From Stegostoma tigrinum (Eukaryota), in assembly GCF_030684315.1 (NCBI RefSeq), contig NC_081358.1:80874458-80938457 (forward strand): 64,000 nt of DNA, written 5' to 3'. The position numbers and the translations under genes were made by a program. Shown here piece by piece: positions 24,546 to 36,090 of the stretch; positions within the stretch are counted from its first letter, which is position 1; each line of letters begins with the position of its first letter. The notes below the pieces were generated by a model. It was given only the letters and a program-made list of their open reading frames with translations, made no database searches and had not been told where the DNA came from.

Positions 24546-26105
24546 GTCCACCTCCTTGTTGGATCTTGCTGTGCCTGCTTCTCTCTCCGGTGGATTTGCA
24601 GTGGCCACTGGAAGTTACTGTTCTTGCTGGGCTTGCTGAGAGGGTAAAATTATTGTCTCCTTCTATATTGTCTTTAGATTTGAATCATGGCCACAGGTTC
24701 TCCAGCCGCAGTGATTTACGCATCAGATCCATGATCAGAACATCTGTGGGGAATTTATGAAAGCTAATGCAATTCTATTGAAGGTACCCTTGTTCCACCA
24801 GATCCATCAACTAAAGCTTTAAGTTATTCATTCACAAAGTATGACTTAGTAACTACTCAATAACATTATTCTCAAGCGCAATAAGTATTTCTGAAGTATG
24901 TGATTTTATCCAAATATATATTGTACAAAGTTCACATGGGGAAGTAAAACAGTGGGACGAAACCAACATGATAGTCGTCGCTCCTCCCTCCACCCTGCCC
25001 CAGCACCCCAAAGAAAAGGTCCCCTTTTCCATCACAGATGAGGATATGTATGTGACATCTACAAAGTATTAGCTTCCAGTCTAAGCAATGAAATAGGTTT
25101 CTGAAATGAAAATCTCAATTAATTCTTTTGGGTATGTGTGGCTGCTTGCATATGTTTGACTGAATGATAAGGGGGCAATTAATATACACAGTATAATAGC
25201 CACGATTGCTAAAGGCTGTAATTCTTATTGTGCATTCTTGGACAATGAATGGCTTGCCAGGGAAGTGCAAGTTGAAACCGTGTGGGTGATATTACTGAAT
25301 CACTTCAACTATGATTATTGCTATTTTCCTTTGTGGGGCCTCACATTCCCAAAGTTTTACTTCCTCCCCCCAAAAAGAAAAGAACGGCAACTTATTCTAG
25401 GCATATTGTGTGCATTATCAGTCATTTTATGTAGTTATTTATGTTCTTACCATACTATCGAACATGACAAGGTTCCAATTTTGTATTCTTGTGAGTGAGT
25501 TGTAGGCTCATTTTGTGATGCAGAATGATTTCCCATTCCTCCACCCCCTTCTTTCATGTTCCTTTTGATTGCTTTTACAAGTTTTCAACTTCTCCACATT
25601 TCTGTGAAAGCCTACTTATACGTATTAATATCCCTAATTTATCCCCCAAGGCTATGACTTTGCAAATTGCCTTATTGGTCTTACACTCTCCTCATGCGGA
25701 GGCCAGAGTGACCACAACTTATGAGAACCCCTTTCTCTGAGATTTATGGTCTATGGGTTCCCACTCATCTATCTAGAATTGCTCCCTTTCACTGTAATCA
25801 TTCCCTTAGTGACCTACTGCAGTTACCTCCCAGACGTGGGTTACCTGCTTTCCCATGATTCCTTGGACTGCCATCTGATGAGCCCCCAGATCATTACTGA
25901 GTAAACCCCAGAGTGACTATGGCACAATCTCCAGACTGACTTGGAAGGACAATGCCAACTCAGCGTGGCCAACCTCCGGGATTGATAGCTTTACAGCGCC
26001 TCAACTGACCCATTTGTAACTCCCCAGCTGCTTGCACTTGACCTGGAAGAGTGACGATGGCCCAGTCCCTGGATTGCCATGACATGGATCCCACAGACTC
26101 TGACA

Positions 26106-26282
26106 GCCTCCCCCTCTCTCCCTATTTATTCCAGAACCCTCACCCCATCCCCCTCTCTGATGAAGGGTCTAGGCCCGAAACGTCAGCTTTTGTGCTCCTG
26201 AGATGCTGCTGGGCCTGCTGTGTTCATCCAGCCTCACATTTTATTATCTTCGATTCTCCAGCATCTGCAGTTCCCATTATCA
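26106..26282 (+). mobile_element. Solo Penelope terminal repeat with a hammerhead core
   Basis: Near-identical to part of the 61.4-62.2 kb unit; CTGATGA 26157-26163, GAAA 26177-26180, GTC 26182-26184. Confidence 0.88.
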
Positions 26283-26309
26283 CAGGACCAAGTATCTGAC
26301 TGACGTGAC

Positions 26310-26990
26310 CATTCAATGGTGCAACCGTCACTGAATCTCCCACTATCAACATCCTAGGTTTGCCAGTAATCAGAAACTCAACTGGAATCATTATATAAAT
26401 ACAGTGACAACAAGAACAGGTCAGAGGCTAGGAAAACTGTGGCAGGGAGCTCCCATCCTGAGTCCCCAAAGCCTGTCTAAAGCACAGGTCAAGAATGTGA
26501 TGAAATACCACTCCCCCAACCCCCCGACACCCAACAGGCCCCACTGGTGAAACTCCAACAACACTCAAGAAGCTCAACACCACCAGGACAAAGCAGCCTC
26601 TTGACTGGTATCATATTCACAAACATTAACTCCCTCCACCATTGACTTTCAGTAGCAGTACAAGGTGCACTGCAGAAGTTCGCCAAGATACTTCCACACC
26701 CACAACCACTTCCATCTGGAAAGGCAAGGATAGCAAATAAATGGGAACACAACCACCTGCAAGTTCCCCTCCAAGCCACTCACCATCTGGACTTAGAAGT
26801 ATATCACCATTCGTTCACTGTCTCTTTGTCACGATCCTGGAATTCCCTCCCTGGTGGCATTGTGAATCTAACTGTAATACATGGACTGCAGCATTCAAGA
26901 AGCCAGGTCTCTAACACCTTCTCAAGGGCAACTAAGGATGTGCAATAAATGTTGGCCCAGCCAGTGACATCCACGTCCTACGAGAAAATT
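26310..26990 (+). mobile_element. 3' part of a CR1/L2-group LINE
   Basis: TESPTINILG...QKLNW..INTV..RTGQRL, same as ORF 43891..44166(-); shared 3' tail. Confidence 0.75.
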
Positions 26991-27845
26991 AAAAGCAAAA
27001 ATGGTCATTTGCTTGTCCCCTGCCAGTGTGTTTGCTGAATAAACTGCCAGCGTGTTCTGCTGGGTGTGACATTGACGTTGAACTCAGCCATACAGCAAAA
27101 TACCCATCCCTTTCGACCATTCAGTGGTCCCATTCTTAACAAAGTACCACCCTTCGCTTCAGTGCTAAAATGTAATGCCGGGCATAGAAGCTGGCAACCT
27201 CCAAATAAGCGCAAAGTGAGTGAGTTCTAAGGAAACCAGCTAACAGCTATAAGAAACAATCAGCATAGATGTATGAGATACATGTTTTTCCCTTTTGTGC
27301 AAAGTGATCTAGCAGATATATGTAAGTTGTAGTGCCCCTGACCTCCAAAATAAAGTGTTGATGGGTTGATGTGGTGGGTTGAGTTTCTCTGAGAAAAGGC
27401 ATGTTGATATGATTTGGCTGGTGGTTAACTGCTACCGAGTTGCATGGATAAAAGTGAAGGAGACTGTCGGCCATGGACATTATGCTACAAACACAAGTGA
27501 ATAATGGCCAATACAAGCAAGTGATTTGCTACAGCTACACTTGACTTACATGTTAAGGAGTTATGCTATCTAGTTCCTTGGAAATGGCACATTAATAAGG
27601 CGAGTTTGGCTAATAATGAGATATAAATGCATGGAAATAAGGTAGTCTCCATTCATTAACAAGATTCTGAAGTGCAAACTTAAGGCTAAAGCAGAAAATT
27701 GGAAAGGTTGTTTCTTTAAGCTGAGATTCTGACTTTTATTTTCTTCCATTCTCACCATTTTCTATTTTCCCTTCATTATCATCACTGCCTCACTAGGCAG
27801 GGGAACATTTTGCTAGTTCTTTTAAATCAGCATTCCTGTGCAGAT

Positions 27846-28075
27846 AAAACCAAAACATCACAGATGTTTGAAATCTAAAAATTAAAAAGAAACTCAGCAG
27901 GTCAAGCAGTTTCTTTGGAGAATGAAACAGAGTTAATGTTTTGAGTCTGATAAGACCCTTCTTCATGACTGAAGAAGGCACAGCAAAAGTCGTATCAGAC
28001 CTGAAACGTTAACTTTAGCTCACATCCACAGGCGCTGCCAGACTTGATGAGTTCCTCCAGAAAATTTTTACTTTT
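27846..28075. mobile_element. Diverged Penelope-terminus fold-back element
   Basis: Inverted arms; 14-bp TSD ATTCCTGTGCAGAT at 27832-27845 and 28076-28089. Confidence 0.8.
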
Positions 28076-28499
28076 ATTCCTGTGCAGATGTTTGTATAAA
28101 TTGGCATTTGTGGAGGATGGAATGAGAGGCCATTTGGGAAAGAGATAGATCAGGTCTTAATTGGTAAGGGGATCAAGGGCAATGGGATAAAGGAAAGTGA
28201 ATGAGGTTGAGAAACATACTAGCCAGCAGACATGATGAGTCAATTGCTTTAACTCTGTCCCCATGTCTTTATAGTCTCATGATCTTATGCCAAAACGAAT
28301 AAGTTAGCAGTGTTGGTACTGCAGTTAGCTTCAATGTCCCAGACCATGTAAGGGACAATTACCAGAATTTCTTTCTGATTTATGTTCAGTTGTCAAAGCT
28401 GCATTTGACCTCTAGAGAAAGGCAGCTTCAGCTGTGATTGTTAATGAAATAGCCATGGGGTGTTCACATTCAGCTGGTGGACACTTCTTGAGCTCACTT

Positions 28500-28630
28500 G
28501 TGCTCATCACATTAAATAACACCTCGTTGGATGTGGTTGGCAAATTTTACTATCTTAGATCCACCATGACAGACAGTTGTAGAAGATGATTCACACAACA
28601 AGGAAAGCAGCTAATGCCTTTAGCTCACTC
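28500..28630 (+). mobile_element. RTE-like LINE fragment
   Basis: ITLNNTSLDVVGKFYYLRSTMTD resembles the RTE post-RT LEVV..F.YLGS motif. Confidence 0.5.
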
Positions 28631-30404
28631 ATTGAGTCATATCAGGCTGAGTGTCAGAAACAAGCTGCTTGTTTTTTGAGACCTGCATTCATGTGCTGTA
28701 TTGCACAGGTAGTTAGGGAAGCACAATAAATTTCACTCTTGCTATTTGTGGTGAACTGTGGGCCCCACATGGAAAGTGAACTCTTAAGTGTGGTGTTCCT
28801 CTCAACAGCAAATCTCCCGATTATGTTGGCTCTCGAGAGGTAGATGTAACTTCTGTGGTACAGGCGCATTTCGCAGGTTGGAATTAATTCCCCAAAGGCT
28901 TTCTGTAAGGTTAGATACTTGAAGCCAGTTTTGTTTCATTCGCTCATGAGACATGAGCATCACTGACTGGGTGAACATTTATTGCCTGTGCTTATTTCCC
29001 TTTGAGAAGAGAGTTTTGAGCTGCCCTCTTGAACTGCTATGTCCATTTGCTGTAAGTAGATTTACAAGAGGTGCCCAAAGCTATGCTTTGAGAATGCTTC
29101 TGATCTGATATGGAGGCCTAGTCATCAATTCTCGTGCCTATGTTAGAGAAAACAGCACTACCACCTCTGAACTAATGTGCATCACATGACAATCAGTGGC
29201 TACAATGCCTTGCAACAGATGCCCAATGTTGAATATAACAACCCACATTGATCCCTGATAAACATCTTATTTGCAGCATGTGTTACAGAATCTTCTTCTC
29301 GGGGATTGGTTTTCTTTAGCAATTTGCAAAAGTGAATTGGATTTGACATCCTGCATGCTATACAGATAGAAGAATGCCAATCACATCAATGTTCATATAA
29401 GCACAGAATATAAGTGATGTCATTGGGTTGGTATGCATGATGCAATGTGTATACATTGCCCTCGAAATGAGATTTTTGTCACATTGTGTGTAGCATCCCT
29501 GCCTTGTAACCTGAAGGTCTGGCTTCAAGTCCTACTCCTGGAATTGATGGTCCATTAAAGTATAATGTAGCTTACCAAGTTGATAATTAATGTGCAAATA
29601 TTTCCAATACACACCAGTAGCAGATTGCAGGAGTTGGAGAGATTCTTGATCAGCCATGTAATGAAAAGAGCATTGGTGCCTCTACTGTGACTAGCCAAAG
29701 ATTCTGACTAAAACTTACATGTAATAGTGCATATTGTCACAGCAACCCATACTCCCTGATTGAACCAGAAGCACATCAGCACCATTACTTCTCTGTAAAC
29801 ATAAGTTTGTGAAATTAAGAAGACAAGCTTCCAGTATTCTGTCCTTCACTGCTGGGTGGTTTCAGTTCCAACAGTGATTCCCTCCAAATTGCTGACATTT
29901 ACCGTCTAAACTCACATCTGCCCATTTGTCAGTTTCGATAAGGTTTTGGAAAACTGATGTTCCTGCAGGAAAGCTAACAAGAGCCTGTGCCTTTGGGGCT
30001 GTGACAATAATCTTGCAACTTAACAGAAATTTTACCTTCAGGAAACGTTTGTAAGAATAAAATTGTATTAAATTCCTGAAGCAGGTTGCAGATTTTTTTT
30101 CTGATTTTGTAAATATACCCTGTTATATTTTATCTTTGGATAAAACCATCGCCCGTGCTTTGCAATTCTGAGTAATTTATTCCATTCAGCAAATACTAAA
30201 TTGGCTTATTTTTATCATCAGAAGCCTGGGCTCAGCTGCTGGGCCATTTTCTTGTGCACAGTAAATTATTTCAGCTAAATGTACTCATTGAGGTCCTAGT
30301 GTCTCTCCCTCATAATGGATAACTTTCCCTCATAATGGATGAATTTCCCTGTAGGGAGAGATGGAGGAGCAAGGTCTGTGAGAGATGTAGATGTCAGAGG
30401 GCTA

Positions 30405-30810
30405 CATAGTGTTACATAGGAACAGAAGTTTACCATTCAACTCCCAAGCCTGTTCCAACATTTTATGAACGGTGGCCGAATTCCATGTATTCCCTTTGGC
30501 CCTCATCACTTAATACTTTTGCTTAACAAAACATTATCCATCTCAGATTTAAAATTAACAACAGCTTCAGTAATCCACTGCCATTTGTGGAAAAGAGTTC
30601 CAAAAGCCTCTTGACTTTTGTGTGTCAATGTGCTTCCTGGTAGCTATCCTGAATGCCGGCCCTTAATTCTCAGACTATCCCTAGTTCTAGAATCCCTACC
30701 CAGTGGAAATAGTGTAGATAATCTACCCTGTATTTTCCTGTTAATACCTTTAATCAGATTAGCCCTTAAACTTCTAAATTTTAAAGAAAACAAGCCTAAT
30801 TTGTATGCAT
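30405..30810 (-). mobile_element. Old CR1 3' fragment
   Basis: Same layout as the CR1 3' UTRs at 6600-7000 and 51740-52150. Confidence 0.65.
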
Positions 30811-31094
30811 TCTGAGGGGGTTTGCAGACAATGCGGTGTTGTTTTTAGCAGAGCTAAACATAGCCTAATTCATCATGCAAAGAGATGAAAAGGGTATTTG
30901 TCTGGCAACCAGTTTTATGACTTTAAATTTAATTCCAGCCAACACCAACACGGAATTGAAGCAGTTCAAGAAGGTGGCTCACCATCATTTTCAAAGTAAT
31001 CAGGGATAAGCAATAAATGCCGGCCTTGCTAGTGCCCCCATTTCTCGTCAATATATGAAAAAATACATGAACAACTTAACAGCATTCTGCTAGT

Positions 31095-31470
31095 GTTGAC
31101 TGCTGGTGGCACTCTAAGTGACATGGTTCTGGGTATAAGTTCCACTCCAATGCTTGAGCTCAAATAAATCAATTTAATATTCCTGTGTAGTATTGAGGGT
31201 GTGTTGTACCAATGCAAATGCCCTGTGACAAACAAAATGCCAAACTCGAGGCACTTGAATAGTACTTATGACAGGAAAATAAGAAATTTATCCCCAATAA
31301 TATTTGCTCCTCAATCGACAGCACAAAAATAGATTACCTAGTAATATTCATATTGCTTTTTGTCATGGGCTGCTGTGTAAAAACTGGATGCCACATTTAG
31401 CATGTTGCAAGAGTTACATATCAAATACAGTCAATCAGCTGTAAGGTGCTTTGAGGAGTCAGGTAGACAT
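31095..31470 (+). mobile_element. DeuSINE-like (SacSINE1/AmnSINE1-related) SINE, diverged
   Basis: aatatttgctcctcaatc...catattgctttt...gctgtgt...gctgtaaggtgctttg resembles the Deu-domain core, recognised by eye. Confidence 0.55.
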
Positions 31471-31829
31471 GGGAAAAGAAACCACATCATTGCACTTTTT
31501 TAAATTCACTCTTGGGAAATAGGCATTGCTAGCTAGCATTTATTGCCTGTCCCTTGTTGCCCTGTAGAAAATGGTTGTTAGCTGCCTTCTTAAACCACTT
31601 CAGTCCATGTGCTGTAACTAGACCCACAATGCTATCATGGAGACAATACCAGATTGTGACTCAGCGTCATTGAAATTTACAATAAGTTTCCAATTCGAGG
31701 CTTGCAGGAGAGGTTGTGTCCAGAACTCCTGCAGCGATGACTGACCTCCAACAACCACAAACATCTTACTTTGAGCTGGGTGTGACCCCAACCAGCAGAA
31801 AGGGCTTCCCCTGATTCCCATTCAGTCTA

Positions 31830-32072
31830 AATAAAAACCAAAAGTGCTGCAGACGGTGTAAATCGGGAACAAAAACAAAGTTGCTGGAAAAGCTCAGCAG
31901 GTCTGGCAGCATCTGTGTAGGAGAAAACAGAGTTAACATTTCAGTTCTGGTGACCCTTCCTCAGAACTTCCCCAGTTCTGAGGAAGGGTCACCGGACCAG
32001 AAACGTTAAGTCTATTTTCTCCTCCACAGATGCTGCCAGACCTGCTGAGCTTTGTCAGCAACTTTGTTTTTG
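31830..32072. mobile_element. Penelope-terminus fold-back element with a hammerhead core
   Basis: Inverted arms; CTGAGGA 31978-31984, GAAA 32000-32003; 15-bp TSD with 2 mismatches at 31815-31829 and 32073-32087. Confidence 0.85.
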
Positions 32073-33509
32073 TTCCCAATGAGTCTAGTTTTGCTTAACG
32101 TCCTTATTTCCTAGGTGGCCAAATGTGGCCTTGATGTCAAGGGCTGTCACTCTGATGTCACCTCTGGAATTCAGTTCTTTCATCCACATTTGAACTAAGG
32201 CTTCAATGAGGTCAAGAGCTGAGTGACCCTGGCAGAATCCAAACTGGGTGTCAATGAGCAGGTTATTGCAGAGAAGGTGCAGCTTGACAGCTCTGTTGAT
32301 GACACATTCCATCATTTTATTGATGATTGAGAGTAGACCGAGGTAGTAATTAGCCGGTAGATTTGTCCGACTTTTTATGTGCAGGACATAACTGGGTAAT
32401 TTTCCATATTGTTGGGTAGATACCAATGTTGTAGTTGCACTGGGCCAGCTTGGCCAGGGCATGGAAAGTTCTGGAGCAAAGGTCTTCAGTATTCTTACCA
32501 AAACGTTGTCAGGGCCCACGGTCTTTGCAGTATCCAGATTCTCGGACTAGTTTTTTTGATATCATGCAGATTGAATCAAATTGGCTGGTTACAGGCATCT
32601 GTGATGCTGGGGTCCTTTGGAGCAGGGTTAGATGTATTATCCACTCAGCACCTCTAGCTGAGGATCGTAACCAATGCTTTGGTGTCATCTTTTGTACTGA
32701 GGTATTGGTCTCCAATGTTGAAGATGTGAACATTTATGGAGTCTCCACCTCCAATGAATTGTTTAATTGTCCATCACCACTCACAACTGAATATGAAAGG
32801 ACTTTAGAGCTTAAATCTGTAGTTGTGTATTGCTTATCCCTCTTTATACTTCCTGCTAGCTGTCATGTAAGTAGTCCTGTACTGTAGCTTCACCAGGTAG
32901 GAATTTCACACTAATGCCTAATGGTGATCACAGCACGTGTTTCTGCATTATTTATTAAACCAGTTTGATATTCTGGCTTAAAAAAAAACTGAGACACTGA
33001 AGATCTAACACAAAAGCAACAATTGCTGGATCTTATGGTAGTGGTAAAGTGGAGGCATATACCAGACCAGTGAGTTTGCAAATTATGTTTTAGTATTAAA
33101 CCTGCTGCTGATGGCCCACATAGTTTAATAGATGCCCAGCCTAGAGTTGCTGAATGTATTTGAAGTCTATCTCACTTAGCTGAATGGTAGTACCACACAA
33201 AGACAGTGGAGGTATTCTCAGTATGAAGGCAGACATTAGTCTCCACAAGGACTGTGCGACAGTGACTCCGAATGATACAGAATCTGCAGTAGGCAGGATG
33301 AGGCCAAGTGTGGTTTCCCTTTTGTTGTTTGCTCAGCACCTTGTTACAGGCCCAGTCTAGAAACAAAGTCATTTGGGCTCAACCAGCTCAGTGAATAATG
33401 ATACAACCAAGCTACATTTAATGGTGGATGTTCATGTGCCCCAGCCAGTGTCTATTCATGTCCTTGCCGCTGTCAGTATTTCCTTTGAAATGTGATCAAC
33501 ATGAAGGAG

Positions 33510-33712
33510 ACAACAAGGTGTAGAACTTGATGAACACAGCAGACCAAGCAGCATCTTCGGAGTAAGAAAGATGACATTTCAGGCCTAGACCCTTCATCAA
33601 AGCCTGAAATGTCAACCTTCCAGCTCCTAAGATACTACTTGGCCTGCTGTGTTCATCCATCTCTACTCCTTGTTAACTCGGATTCTCCAGCGTCTGCAAT
33701 TTCTATTATCTC
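33510..33712. mobile_element. Penelope-terminus fold-back element
   Basis: Inverted arms; 14-bp TSD TCAACATGAAGGAG at 33496-33509 and 33713-33726. Confidence 0.85.
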
Positions 33713-33754
33713 TCAACATGAAGGAGTACTGATTTAGCAGCCAAGGTAGAGTGG

Positions 33755-34088
33755 TAGAATCCCTACAGTGCAGAAAGAGACCAATCAGCCCATCAAGTCT
33801 GCACCAACTGTCCAAGGAGCGCACCATCCCCATTCCCGTAACCCTGCATCTCCCATTGCTAATCCACCTAGCCTGAACATCCTGGATACTATGGGCAATT
33901 TTGCATGGCCAATCCACATAACCTGCACATCTTTTGACTGTGGGAGGAAGCTAGAGCACCCAGGGAAAACCAACACAGTCACAGGAAGAATGTACAAACT
34001 GCACACAGTCACCTAAGACTGGAATCACACCTGGATCCTTGGTGCTGTGAGGTGGCAGTGCTAACCATCATGAGCCACCATGCCACCC
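33755..34088 (-). mobile_element. HE1-type V-SINE
   Basis: Reverse-complement match to 21505-21820, including the tRNA-like head at about 34020-34088. Confidence 0.85.
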
Positions 34089-34779
34089 ATGCAATCAAAG
34101 CGATACATGGTACTCAATATGCGGTTTCTTTTACCATGTTTGACAGGATGCCATGAGATTTCATGAAGGATTCCAGGACAACTTCCTTCAAACTGTATGT
34201 CACTGAGCTGCAAAGCTGCTGGGTCTGTTCCTGCTCGTGGGACAGGATATATACAGGGATAGTGCTAGTGACGGTGTTGCCCGGGACATTGTATGAGAGG
34301 TATGATTCTGTGAAAATGAGTGTCTTAGGCTGATCCTTGGCTGATCTGTGGCACTGGACCCCATATGTTCACTGGGAGACTCTGCAAGGTTACAGAGCTG
34401 TGTTTGCCATTGTCATTTCTGGAACTTCAGTCAATGCCAGACTTGACAGACTTCGTTCCCTTTTTTTGGAGACTTTTTAGAAGCAGTTTAAAATGACTGA
34501 GCAGCTTTGTAGGCCTTTTCAGAGAACAGTTTACAGGCATTCACATTGCTGTAGGACTATAGACCAGACCTAGTAATAAGCAGTTTTCTCCTATAAAGGA
34601 CATGAGTGAACCAAATGGGTTTTGGCCCGAACAGGTAATATTTCATGGTTATCATTAGACTTCCAATTCCAAATTTCATTGAATTCAAATTCCACCATTT
34701 CCCATATTTAAACTCAAATCCTCTGAACAATATCTGAGTCTCTGGATTACTCTCCAGCATTACCTTGCCATCTCCTTTA

Positions 34780-35865
34780 TTTTTAAACAATCTTGAGAGC
34801 TATGTTTACAGGTGGAGGATCAAAGCAGGAAAATAAGCTATTAATATTTGCTTAGTAATTGGTGATGAAAACTGCAAAGAATTAACCCTTCAAGATTAAC
34901 AGCCAAAGATCTAAAAGACCCCCAAATGATATGATTCACATTGGAAGGCCTGTTCAGAGTCAGATTAGACTTTAATGCTCGTCAATCAGAAATCCTGTGA
35001 TTTGGACAGAAGCCTGCAGATTCCATAGACCACTTCATCCACAAAATGCAATGAAACGGACTCATTATATGATTTTTCAGGCGGGGCACTAGCATTGTTG
35101 TGTTGGTGACTGCATCCTCAGCCATGGAAGTGTTCCAGAAAGCGTTGCTGAACAAGGTGAAGACTTATAGCATCAAAAATCAAAGGGAGGACATATATAT
35201 ATTTCACAGGTCGTTGAAGCTTTTTGGTCTTAAGCACAAATTTGATGGCTAACATAATCACTCAAACACCCACACATAACAAGATATGTGGAAAATGTGG
35301 CCTAGTGCAAGGCAGAGCCTAGCTTTCGATCGATTTTGCAAATCATGTGGCAGAAAAGGTCATTGTCAAAAACAGCGCACTGAAGCAGAGACTAATACAA
35401 TTATAAAGAGCTCTGCACTGACCCAAACAGAACACTGCATCAGGAGTACCTTCAAGCTGCAATAAAAATCAACTGATATCCCTCCAGATATATAAAGTTA
35501 TCAATAAACCAGACCCTGATGGCGTACACAACTAAACAAAAAGTGGTGATATAATGTTTCATACCACCAGTCTTGTCGAAAATGACAACATCACCGCGCT
35601 ATCCATAATGTTTGCAAAAGTTCAAATTATCTGTCCTCAGAAAACCAGTGAGCACTTGTTATTGACCAAGGTTCACATAGGGTCATGTGCCAAAACTATC
35701 TCTGTGAATTTCCATAACCAGATGGGAAGCTGTGACAAAACTTTGGATGTAAAGCTTTCATCATACAACAGTTTGCCAATCCAAAGTACACAGTTAATAA
35801 TGCTGGAGTGTCAGTACAATCAATCTGCCTGGATGTTCTATGTTTGATACACTGCTGGCCCCTTA
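34780..35865 (+). pseudogene. Ty3/Gypsy gag-protease remnant
   Basis: Gag-like DLKDPQMI..QKPADSIDHFIHK..EVFQKALL; knuckles CGKCG and CKSCGRKGHC; decayed protease TKVHIGSCA (for K(I/V)DTGA) and KLSSYNSLPI...FYV. Confidence 0.7.
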
Positions 35866-35869
35866 TTTG

Positions 35870-36090
35870 GGGGTCAGTTAGCTGGGCAATCAGTTTGAGA
35901 TGCAGGATGATGCTAACAGCGTGAGTTTAGTTCCTGCACTAGCTGAAACAACTGTGAAGGTCTGACCTTCTCGACTTCTCCTCTTACCTGAGGCATGGTG
36001 GCCTTCAGGTTAAACCCCCTGCAGTTACCTCTCTCTCTAATGAGAGGGCAGCCCTGCAGGCTGGTAAAACTGTAGTTATTTTAACTTTAC
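35870..36090 (+). mobile_element. Short tRNA-derived SINE
   Basis: Body cctgaggcatggtggccttcaggttaaac...gagagggcagccct also present at about 17425-17560. Confidence 0.55.

Larger units (their letters stand above)
19196..24763. mobile_element. Fossil PIF/Harbinger DNA transposon with convergent Myb/SANT-like and transposase genes, interrupted by retroposons
   Basis: Myb-like remnants on + (19500-20010, 22119-22340), DDE transposase on - (23725-24545), weak TIR pair 19200-19211 and 24748-24759. Confidence 0.65.
31495..34775 (-). mobile_element. Decayed CR1/L2-group LINE with tRNA-like 5' head and three nested insertions
   Basis: Head 34555-34775; endonuclease start NIWGPVP..TLIFTESYL; RT GPDNV..LKTFAPEL, QFGFCQGHSALDLI, VTALDIKATF; 3' tail near 31500. 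Confidence 0.8.

Noticed and set aside
25800-26100. Degenerate ccccagactgac-like minisatellite
   Set aside because: Too decayed to define a period by eye.
28650-30300. Possible host exons or conserved non-coding elements in unique-looking DNA
   Set aside because: No recognisable protein or coherent splice pattern; conservation cannot be judged without alignments.
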